NCBI GenBank assembly: GCA_036795065.1
Contig: DAIRFN010000004.1
Span: 1-44,098 of the forward strand
Length of the DNA: 44,098 nt
Direction: 5' to 3'
Origin: Vicinamibacterales bacterium
GTDB lineage: Bacteria; Acidobacteriota; Vicinamibacteria; Vicinamibacterales; UBA2999
In this document: piece after piece, positions 27,157 through 34,591 of the stretch
Layout: each line of letters starts with the position of its first letter
Position numbering within the stretch: position 1 is the first letter of the stretch
Translations under genes and position numbers: made by a program
Notes under the pieces: generated by a model
Told to the model about the DNA's origin: nothing
Database searches by the model: none
The model's input: only the letters and a program-made list of their open reading frames with translations

Positions 27157-28539
27157 CTACCCGAGCGGGGTGAGGTCCTGCAGCATCGTCGGAACGAGCT
27201 CGCTGATAGTGGGATGGACGTGCACGGCGCGGGAGATCACCGTGTATGGGGCATCCGCGTACATGACGTCCACGAGTGCATGCACGATCTCGTCGCCGCC
27301 GGCTCCGAATACGACGGCACCGAGCAGCTTCCTGGAGTCGGCGTCCACCAGGGCCCGCATGAAGCCGTGGGTTTCGCTCATTTCCTTGGCGCGGCTGACC
27401 TTCGTCATCGGACGATGCGCCACGAGCACACGGCGCCCGGACTCCCGAGCCTCCCGCATCGTCATGCCGACGCGGCCGACGGGTGGGTCCATATACAGGG
27501 CGTAGCATGGAATACGGTCGCTGATGCCCCGTGGATCGCCGTCCAGCAGGTTGGCCGAGACGACCTCGTAGTCGTTGTAGGCCGTGTGCGTGAACGCGCC
27601 CCGGCCATTGCAGTCGCCGAGCGCCCAGACGCCTGTGACGTTCGTGCGGCATTGGTCATCAACGGTGATGTATCCGCGGGCGTCGGTGACGATGCCGGCC
27701 GCCTCGAGACCCAGGTCGTCCGTGTTCGGCCGCCGGCCCACGGCCAGCAGCACGTGGCTTCCTTCGACGGTTGGCGCCCCGCGCGCGCAGGCCACACCCA
27801 CAGCGACGCCGGACGGCGCAGGGGCCAGATCGATGCAGGTCGCCGAGAGGCGGAACTCGATGCCTTCACCTTCGAGGACTCCCTGAAGCGTGGTGGAGAC
27901 ATCCTCGTCCTCGCGCGCGATCAGGCGGTCAGCCTTTTCCACGACCGTGACGCGGCTGCCGAAGCGGCGGTAGATCTGCGCGAACTCCAGTCCGATATAG
28001 CTGCCGCCCACGACGATCAGGTGTTCGGGCAGGGTCTCCAGTGCCAGCAGGCTCGTGTTGGTCAGGATCGGCACGCTGGAGACGCCAGGCATCTCCGGCA
28101 CGAGAGCGCGGCCGCCCACGTTGATGAAGATCTCGTTGGCCTCGAGCACCTGGTCGTTCACCGCCACGGAGTGAGGCCCGGTGAACCGGCCATGGCCCTC
28201 GAATACCGTGAGGTTCGGCGTGTGCTTCATCCACCGTTCCACGCCCTCGTTGGACTGGCGGACGATCTCGTCCTTTCTCGCGCGCACGCGCGCCAGGTCC
28301 ACGGCGACGTCGGCGCCGACTGTGAATCCGAACTCGGCTCCGCGACGCGCCATGTGAATGGCCCGCGCGCTGGCGACGAGCGTCTTGGTCGGGATGCAGC
28401 CGGTGTTGACACACGTCCCCCCGAACCGGTGCCGTTCCATCACGGCCGTCTTGCGGCCGGCTTTGGCCAGCCTGGCGGCGAGGGAGGGGCCGGCCTGCCC
28501 GGTCCCGATGACGATGGCGTCGAAGATGTGCGTGGTCAC
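27157..28539 (-). CDS. Class I pyridine-nucleotide-disulfide oxidoreductase (MerA-core/RclA-like flavoprotein)
   Basis: 460 aa, GTG start with GAGAGGGA RBS. FDAIVIGTGQAG FAD fold. Redox-active GGTCVNTGCIPTK. C-terminal HVHPTISE dimer-interface motif. No NmerA domain and no C-terminal Cys pair. Confidence 0.88.
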   Translation of the reverse strand: MTTHIFDAIVIGTGQAGPSLAARLAKAGRKTAVMERHRFGGTCVNTGCIPTKTLVASARAIHMARRGAEFGFTVGADVAVDLARVRARKDEIVRQSNEGVERWMKHTPNLTVFEGHGRFTGPHSVAVNDQVLEANEIFINVGGRALVPEMPGVSSVPILTNTSLLALETLPEHLIVVGGSYIGLEFAQIYRRFGSRVTVVEKADRLIAREDEDVSTTLQGVLEGEGIEFRLSATCIDLAPAPSGVAVGVACARGAPTVEGSHVLLAVGRRPNTDDLGLEAAGIVTDARGYITVDDQCRTNVTGVWALGDCNGRGAFTHTAYNDYEVVSANLLDGDPRGISDRIPCYALYMDPPVGRVGMTMREARESGRRVLVAHRPMTKVSRAKEMSETHGFMRALVDADSRKLLGAVVFGAGGDEIVHALVDVMYADAPYTVISRAVHVHPTISELVPTMLQDLTPLG

Positions 28540-28791
28540 GAAGCGTCCCTCTCAGGATCGTGCGTAAGGCGCGCGCGTTACGATTCATCCTCGACGCCGA
28601 ACACCACGTGATTGTCCCTCAGGTTAGCCTCGGCCGCAGCCACGTGCTACCGGGCACATCAGCTAAGACGTGACCGCCGTTCCAAGAACACTCTCGACGT
28701 ACGCGCGATTGCGGGCGCGGAGCAAACGGCCGAGGTCGCTCAGGCAGCTCGGCTGTGCCGAGTCTGCCGCCGAGAAACTTGACATACGATC

Positions 28792-28813
28792 GTCAAGTAA
28801 TCTATTGAATACT
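28792..28813. promoter_or_regulatory. Candidate ArsR-type operator (copy 1 of a shared 22-nt motif)
   Basis: GTCAAGTAATCTATTGAATACT ends 5 nt before ATG 28819. It contains TCAA-N8-TTGA. 15 of 22 positions are identical to 34592-34613. No SD lies between the motif and the ATG. Confidence 0.45.
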
Positions 28814-28818
28814 GGCCC

Positions 28819-29586
28819 ATGAGCACGTCTCATCGCGATTTCAAGAACGGCCTCTACGAACAGCTCGCCAGAATCGGCAAGACGCTGGGGAGTCCCCGTC
28901 GGCTGGAGTTGCTCGAACTGCTGGCGCAGGGGGAGCGCACCGTGGAGTCGCTGGCCTGGGAGACCGAACTGTCGGTTGCCAACACCTCGCAGCACCTGCA
29001 GGCCCTTCGGCAGGCGTCGCTCGTGGAGAGCCGCAAACAGGGGCTCTTCGTCTACTACCGGCTGGCCGATCCCGCCATCTGCGACCTGTGCACGGCCATT
29101 CGAACCGTGGCCGAGAGGCGCCTGGCCGACCTGGAGCGCCTCGTCCGTGAGCATTTCGGCGATCGGTCAGACCCGGAGCCCGTCCGGATGAACGATCTTC
29201 TCGCGCGCGTCCGGTCCAACGACGTCATCGTGCTGGACGCGCGGCCGGTCAATGAGTACGAAGCGGGCCACATCGCCGGCGCCATTTCCATTCCGATCGA
29301 CGAGCTCCAGGACCGGCTGCGGTCCCTCCCGACGGGCAGGGAGTACGTCGCCTACTGTCGTGGGCCGTACTGCGTGTACGCCGATCGAGCGGTTGAACTG
29401 CTGAGAGCCAGCGGACGGCGAGCGCGACGGGTGCTCGAGGGATTCCCTGAGTGGCAGGCGGCAGGGTTGCCGGTCACGCGCGGACACGATGGGCCTTCCA
29501 CGACGCCTCGGTCGGGCGGCCCCCGGCGCCGTCGGTCAACGCGCACGTCTGGCAGCGCGAGGAAGGTCTCCCGGCGTACTTCGTGA
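28819..29586 (+). CDS. ArsR/SmtB-family HTH regulator fused to a rhodanese domain (paralogue 1)
   Basis: 255 aa. ArsR wHTH (LGSPRRLELLELLAQGERTVESLA...SQHLQALRQASLV) followed by rhodanese (VLDARPVNEYEAGHIAGAISIP, active-site loop YCRGPYC). Confidence 0.88.
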   Translation: MSTSHRDFKNGLYEQLARIGKTLGSPRRLELLELLAQGERTVESLAWETELSVANTSQHLQALRQASLVESRKQGLFVYYRLADPAICDLCTAIRTVAERRLADLERLVREHFGDRSDPEPVRMNDLLARVRSNDVIVLDARPVNEYEAGHIAGAISIPIDELQDRLRSLPTGREYVAYCRGPYCVYADRAVELLRASGRRARRVLEGFPEWQAAGLPVTRGHDGPSTTPRSGGPRRRRSTRTSGSARKVSRRTS

Positions 29587-29621
29587 CGTTCCGGTGATTC
29601 GAGTCCCCCTGGAGGTGGCCA

Positions 29622-30404
29622 GTGCCAGTGATGTGTCCCGTCGATCTCGATGTTGCAACCCTGCGAACGGAAGTTCAGTCCATGTACGCGCAAGTCGCTG
29701 CGGCTCCCGACGGTGCGTTTCATTTCCATCGAGGACCTCACTACGCGGCCGCGCGACTCGGTTATGACGCCGCGGAGCTGGCAGCGCTGCCCGCGGACGT
29801 GACGGCGTCGTTCGCCGGCGTGGGCAACCCGCACCGGATCGCATCGATTAGCGAGGGCGCGGTGGTGCTCGACGTCGGCTGCGGCGCCGGAACGGACCTG
29901 CTGCTGGCCGCACGACGGGTCGGGCCCCATGGTCGGGCGATTGGCGTGGATATGACGGAGGCGATGCGCCGCCGGGCGGCAGCGGGCGCCGCAACGCACG
30001 GGCTGGCCAACGTCGACGTCCGCGACGGAGACGCGACAGCCCTGCCGGTGGATGATCAGAGCATCGACGTCGTCATCTCGAACGGTGTGCTGAACCTCGT
30101 CCCCGATAAGCCGCGGGCGTTCGCAGAGATCGCCCGCGTGCTCAAGCCAGGGGGCCGGGCGCAAATTGCCGACATCGTCATCGGAGAAGTCCTGCCCGAC
30201 GATGCCCTGCGAGACATCGACCTCTGGACCGGTTGAATCGCCGGCGCTCTGCTGGAAGCAGAGATGATCGAGGCGTTTGCCTCAGCGGGATTCAGCCCGC
30301 GCATCGTGACGCGATTCGACTGTTTCGCGGGAACCACCAAGGAGCGGACCGCCCGGCGATACGGCGTCGTCGGCGTCAACGTGTTGGCCATTCGGTCGCG
30401 ATAA
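29622..30404 (+). CDS. ArsM/UbiE-type SAM-dependent methyltransferase with in-frame TGA (candidate selenocysteine at codon 205)
   Basis: GTG 29622 with GGAGG 6 nt upstream. Motif I VLDVGCGAGTD. VISNGVLNLVPDK and RVLKPGGRAQIAD. TGA at 30234-30236 interrupts LWTG-x-IAGAL. The same frame stays open for 55 more codons (IAGALLEAEMIEAFASAGFSPRIV...) to TAA at 30402-30404. The next gene starts 14 nt after that TAA. Confidence 0.7.
30247..30263 (+). promoter_or_regulatory. SECIS-like hairpin 10 nt downstream of the in-frame UGA
   Basis: CTCTGCT-GGA-AGCAGAG, a perfect 7-bp stem with a G-rich apical loop. A possible 4-bp lower helix pairs CGCC (30239-30242) with GGCG (30272-30275). Spacing resembles the E. 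coli fdhF-type bacterial SECIS. Confidence 0.55.
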
Positions 30405-30418
30405 CAGCGTCATCGACC

Positions 30419-30985
30419 ATGGCATGCTCCTGCTGCACATTCGGTGACACTGCGGACCAACAGTTCACGCGCGACAGGGTCGCCAGGGATCTGGTGCGCC
30501 TCCGCCGCAAGGGGCCTGGCCGGACGGCGCAGCTTCTGCGCGATGGCCTCGCAGCGGCGGATCTGATCGACGGCACCGTGCTCGATGTCGGAGCGGGCGT
30601 GGGCGGCCTGACATGGGCGCTGCTCGACCAGGGGATGGCACGAGCGATTGTCATCGAGGCCTCAGCGGCGTACCTCGCCGCCGCATCGGACGAAGCGACA
30701 CGGCGTGGCCGGTCAGGGATGGTGCAGTTCGTACGGGGTGACTACGTGACGATGGCACCGCAAGTGCCCCGGGCGACCGTCGTCACCCTCGACCGCGTCG
30801 TGTGCTGCTATCCATGGTTCGAGCCGCTCCTGGAGCAGGCCGGGCGGCACGCTGAACGGAGCGTCGCCCTCTCGTATCCGCGCGACCGTTGGTTCGTGCG
30901 GGTGGGACTGTGGCTCGAAAACCTGATGCGGAGATGGAAGGGGAACCCGTTTCGCACCTTCGTTCACTCTCCGACGCAGATGTAA
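30419..30985 (+). CDS. Class I SAM-dependent methyltransferase with Cys-rich N-terminus
   Basis: Real start is ATG 30419 (MACSCCTFGDTADQQF...). The upstream part of the 250-aa track ORF overlaps the Sec-MTase tail in another frame. Motif I VLDVGAGVGGLT. Internal VVCCYP. 188 aa. Confidence 0.8.
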   Translation: MACSCCTFGDTADQQFTRDRVARDLVRLRRKGPGRTAQLLRDGLAAADLIDGTVLDVGAGVGGLTWALLDQGMARAIVIEASAAYLAAASDEATRRGRSGMVQFVRGDYVTMAPQVPRATVVTLDRVVCCYPWFEPLLEQAGRHAERSVALSYPRDRWFVRVGLWLENLMRRWKGNPFRTFVHSPTQM

Positions 30986-31073
30986 CACGCGCTAGAGCGG
31001 TGCGGGTTCGAACGGGTGAGTCGCAGCCAGACACCCGCGTGGGCAGCCGACGTGTTCGAAAGGCGGCGCTGAT

Positions 31074-32225
31074 TCACGGCTTGCAGTAGAGCCACGACTT
31101 CTCGACCCAGACCTTCCCCAGGTGCCACCGCCAGCTTGGAGGACGCAAGCGCACCGCCGGCCTGGGTTCCGCGTAGAAATCTCCCCCGCCAAAGCCGGCC
31201 TTGCCACCGCCTGTCTCGATGAAGCAGTCGCCATGGCCATCGAAGCGCCCGGTCTGGACCCGATCCGCAATGGCATGCGCGATTCTCCGCCACGACCGCG
31301 GCTTCCTTGTGCGCGAACACACCAGCCTTCGGCAGCGGCTTCCCGAGCGCGAGCGGGATCGACACGACGTCGCCGATCGCGTAGACATTTGGCCACCGCG
31401 TTTGCAGCGTGTGCCGATCGACGGCCATCCACCCGCCTCGCTGGCCAAGCCGCTCTCGCGAATCACGGCTGGTGCCCGGTGAGGTGGCACGTACGCCAGC
31501 AGGTCGAAGTCGACTTCCGTACTGTTCGCGAACGTGAGTCGCTTCCGGTGGGCATCCACCGTCGTCACCTGGTGTTCCGGGTGGTATGGGATGCCTTTCG
31601 CGGCCAGCAGCTGTGTCACGGCGCCGGAGACGTGGGGCCCCGCCACCCCCATGGGCGCCGGTTCGGCGGCATAGACCTCGATCTGCACGCGATCGCGCCG
31701 ACCTCGTCTGCGGAACCAGTCGTCAATGAGCATCGCGCCTTCGTACGGCGCCGCCAGGCACTTGTAGGCCGGGGCGGCGGTGAGCACGATGATGCGACCG
31801 GCACGGAAGGCCTGGAGGGCCGGCCAGAGTGACTCGGCTCCGGCGCGGTCGTAGAAGTTGTGACCCGCCTGGGCGAGGCCGGGAATCGACTCCGGCGCCA
31901 ACTCGGCTCCCAGCGTGATCACCAGGTAGTCGGCCGTGTGTGCCTGCCCTGCCATCGTCACGATCCGTTGGTCCGGATCGATGTGCTCGACGTTGCCAAC
32001 GCGAACGTCGATGCCCTTCCGCGCCAACCGCGCCAATGGACGGGTGATCGCGTCAGCGGTACGCCGGCCGACCCACAACAGCGACGGCGCAAACACGTGA
32101 TCGCGCTCGCGATCCACCAGCACGACGCGGTGCGCTGCAGGCAGGCGCTGGCGGAGCGCACGCGCGGTCGCGACTCCGCCGACGCCGCCGCCCAGAATGA
32201 GAATCGTCTTCGCGTCAGCCACCAT
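31074..32225 (-). pseudogene. Sulfide:quinone-oxidoreductase-like flavoprotein with two compensating frameshifts
   Basis: Start MVADAKTILILGGGVGGVATA (ATG 32225, AAGGA RBS). Frame X reads to ...VIRESGLASE. The conserved GGWMAVDRHTLQTRWPNVYAIGDVVSIPLALGKPLPKAGVFAHKEAAVVAEN lies in another frame (about 31285-31437). Frame X then resumes with IAHAIADRVQTGRFDGHGDCFIETGGGKAGF...SWLYCKP. Confidence 0.7.
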
Positions 32226-32239
32226 CTCCTGGTCCTTTC

Positions 32240-32602
32240 CTAGAACACGAGCGTGCGATCCGCCCACTGCACCCAGTTGGTGAGCTCGTCGAGAGAGCTT
32301 CGATGGGAGGTGTCCGTCAGCTCGGCGTCCGTCATGCCCCTGGCGTCCATGCATGTGGCGCACACGCCAATCTCGCCACCGTGCCGCCCGACGTATCGAA
32401 GCATCACTTCGGCGTTGTAATACCCCTGCGGTACCTTCTGGCCCCGTTTTGCGCAGCTCGCCGCATCGCCCATGAGGAACACTTTCACTTCCTCACCCTC
32501 GCGTGTGGACAACGACCCCGCGAGGCGAAGGGCGTTGTAGCTACGTTCGGTGCCGTAGGGCGGGTCGTTCAGAACGAAAAGCGTCTTTGGCATGGTCTTC
32601 AT
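32240..32602 (-). CDS. DsrE/DsrF-family sulfur-relay protein
   Basis: About 120 aa. MKTMPKTLFVLNDPPYGTERSYNALRLA... and GVCATCMDARGM active-site Cys region. GGGAGG upstream. First or second ATG uncertain (32602 or 32593). Confidence 0.8.
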   Translation of the reverse strand: MKTMPKTLFVLNDPPYGTERSYNALRLAGSLSTREGEEVKVFLMGDAASCAKRGQKVPQGYYNAEVMLRYVGRHGGEIGVCATCMDARGMTDAELTDTSHRSSLDELTNWVQWADRTLVF

Positions 32603-33884
32603 CGCCTCCCGCGTCACCATTGGCGGTGACCGGTGAGAGTGTTTCACGCATGCGCGCCGCCGACACGGCTCCGGATACGAACGTGAGCGCGGCGATGAGC
32701 CACATCGCGGCCTGCAGCCCGAAGGCGTCGGCTGTCAGTCCGGCCAGGAGGGCCCCGATGGCGTACCCGAGGTCGCGCCACAGGCGATAGACACCGACCG
32801 CCGATGCGCGCCACGACGGGTGGGCGACATCGCCGATGGCGGCAAGGAGCGTGGGATACACCATGGCCGTGCCCAGTCCGAGCAACACCGCACCCACCAC
32901 GAACCCGGCAAATTCGTGCACGACGGTCACCACGGCGATGCCGACGGCCTGGATCCACATGCCCCAGACGATGAGCGGCTTCCGCCCGGTGCGGTCCGAC
33001 AGGGCTCCGGTCACCAGCTGCGCAAGACCCCACGTGGCCGGATAAATGGCGGCGAGCAGTCCCACCTGTGCCAGGTCCATCCCGGCTGCGGCAAACACCA
33101 GTGGAAACAGGCCCCAGGCCATCCCGTCGTTCAGGTTGTTGACGAGCCCCGCCTGGCTGACGCTCGACAGATCGGGGTTGAGCAGCGTGGTCCGCCAGAA
33201 GACCTCGCGAGGCGTGGGTGTGCGGTGGGGCGGCAGCGTCCCGAGAAGCGCGGATTCATGCGAGACGTGATGACGTGTCTCGCGCACGAGGAGTGCGGAG
33301 AGCGCGAGCCCGACGGCCACGAACACCACACCGAGATAGAATGGCTGCGGACGGATGCCGTAGCGTGCGGCAATCCAGCCCGTCGCCAGCGCACTGGCGG
33401 CAACCGCCACGTATCCGGCGAACTCGTTCAACCCCATGGCCAGCCCACGCTGTCTCGCGCCGACCAGGTCGATCTTCATGATGACGGTGGTCGACCAGGT
33501 GAGACCCTGGCTGACGCCGAGCAGGAGATTCGCGAACAGGATCCAGTTCCAGCTCGGCGCCCACATGAGAAGGAAGGGCACCGGGATGGCGACCAGCCAA
33601 CCGACGACCAGCACGTGCTTGCGACCGAGACGATCTGACAGGCGACCTGCGCCGTAGTTGGTGAGCGCCTTGGCGACACCGAACACCACGATGAACGACA
33701 GCATGGCGGTGCGCGCGGCGAGGTGGAACTCCTGCTCGGCCATCGCCGGCAGGATGCTGCGTTCCAGGCCGACCATGGCGCCGACGAACGCGTTGACGAC
33801 CACCAACAGGGCAAACTGCGCGAGGTTCTCGCGCAAACCCAGGCGTACGGCAGTAGCCTCGGGCTGCGGCGCGGCCGACGTCAT
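32541..33884 (-). CDS. MFS transporter
   Basis: 447 aa with 12 TM-like hydrophobic segments and the MFS loop motif GRLSDRLGRKHVL. Start overlaps the upstream regulator stop (ATGA). 3' tail overlaps the DsrE-like start by about 60 nt. Confidence 0.85.
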   Translation of the reverse strand: MTSAAPQPEATAVRLGLRENLAQFALLVVVNAFVGAMVGLERSILPAMAEQEFHLAARTAMLSFIVVFGVAKALTNYGAGRLSDRLGRKHVLVVGWLVAIPVPFLLMWAPSWNWILFANLLLGVSQGLTWSTTVIMKIDLVGARQRGLAMGLNEFAGYVAVAASALATGWIAARYGIRPQPFYLGVVFVAVGLALSALLVRETRHHVSHESALLGTLPPHRTPTPREVFWRTTLLNPDLSSVSQAGLVNNLNDGMAWGLFPLVFAAAGMDLAQVGLLAAIYPATWGLAQLVTGALSDRTGRKPLIVWGMWIQAVGIAVVTVVHEFAGFVVGAVLLGLGTAMVYPTLLAAIGDVAHPSWRASAVGVYRLWRDLGYAIGALLAGLTADAFGLQAAMWLIAALTFVSGAVSAARMRETLSPVTANGDAGGDEDHAKDAFRSERPALRHRT

Positions 33885-34582
33885 GGCCGTCCACCTGCGC
33901 GACGGTCATCACCCGTGTCCACGCGCCATCCCTGCGCCCGCCACTCGGGCACGCCGTGTTCCAGGCGGTGGGCGCGGAAGCCCTTCCGGCGGAGGAGATC
34001 GACGGCATCGAGCGCCATCACGCAGTACGGGCCCCGGCAATAGGCCACGATGTCGCGGCGTTTCGGCAACCTGCCCACGCGCTTCCCGAGGTCTGCGAGC
34101 GGCACGGAGATCGCGCCGGGAAGATGAGCCGCCACGTACTCGTCGCGGGGACGGACGTCGATGAGCGTGACCTCGCCGGCGCGGACGCGCCGCACGAGTT
34201 CGTCATTACCCACCGGCTCCAGTGCGCCACGCTTCTCCAGGTACTGGCGCGTGACGTGCTGGACCTCCACCAGTTGGGACTCCGCGAGGCGTCGCAGCTG
34301 GAGGAAGAATTCGCCGACCCGTGGGTCCGCGAGGCTGTACGTCACGTACAGGCCGGCCTTCTCAGCCTCGACCAGGCGCGCGCGTCGCAGCACCTGCAGG
34401 TGGTGCGAGGTCGTCGCGGCGCTCTGGCCCGTCTGGTGGGCGAGCGCGTCGACCGTCCGTGGCCCTTGCGACAGCAGGTCGAGCAGCTCGAGCCGGATGG
34501 GGCTGGCGGTGGCCTGGCCGACACGCGCGATCTGTTCGTAGATGACGGCCTTGAACGAAGCCGAACGGGTCTTCGCGGTCAT
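33881..34582 (-). CDS. ArsR/SmtB-family HTH regulator fused to a rhodanese domain (paralogue 2)
   Basis: 233 aa. SPIRLELLDLLSQGPRTVDALA...SHHLQVLRRARLV, then LIDVRPRDEYVAAHLPGAISVP and YCRGPYC. Same architecture as 28819-29586, with roughly 40-45% identity by eye. Confidence 0.88.
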   Translation of the reverse strand: MTAKTRSASFKAVIYEQIARVGQATASPIRLELLDLLSQGPRTVDALAHQTGQSAATTSHHLQVLRRARLVEAEKAGLYVTYSLADPRVGEFFLQLRRLAESQLVEVQHVTRQYLEKRGALEPVGNDELVRRVRAGEVTLIDVRPRDEYVAAHLPGAISVPLADLGKRVGRLPKRRDIVAYCRGPYCVMALDAVDLLRRKGFRAHRLEHGVPEWRAQGWRVDTGDDRRAGGRP

Positions 34583-34591
34583 ATTCCAATA

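Noticed and set aside
29587-29621. The basic C-terminal tail of ArsR-rhodanese paralogue 1 (…GPSTTPRSGGPRRRRSTRTSGSARKVSRRTS) as evidence of another frameshift or read-through.
   Set aside because: The rhodanese domain is complete before the tail, and the paralogue also has a short non-conserved tail. No alternative frame gives a better ending. It is most simply a disordered extension.
30233-30418. N-terminal 62 residues of the 250-aa track ORF 30233-30985 (MNRRRSAGSRDDRG...).
   Set aside because: This part lies in a different frame over the same DNA that encodes the conserved C-terminal lobe of the candidate Sec-methyltransferase. The recognisable methyltransferase begins at ATG 30419 (MACSCC...), 14 nt after the TAA at 30402-30404.
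30986-31073. Intrinsic terminator between the convergent methyltransferase and SQR-like genes (GCGGGT 31002-31007 / ACCCGC 31033-31038, and TTCGAAC 31007-31013 / GTTCGAA 31054-31060).
   Set aside because: The stems are short (6-7 bp), the loops are long (25-40 nt) and no U-tract follows. This is not enough to call a terminator.
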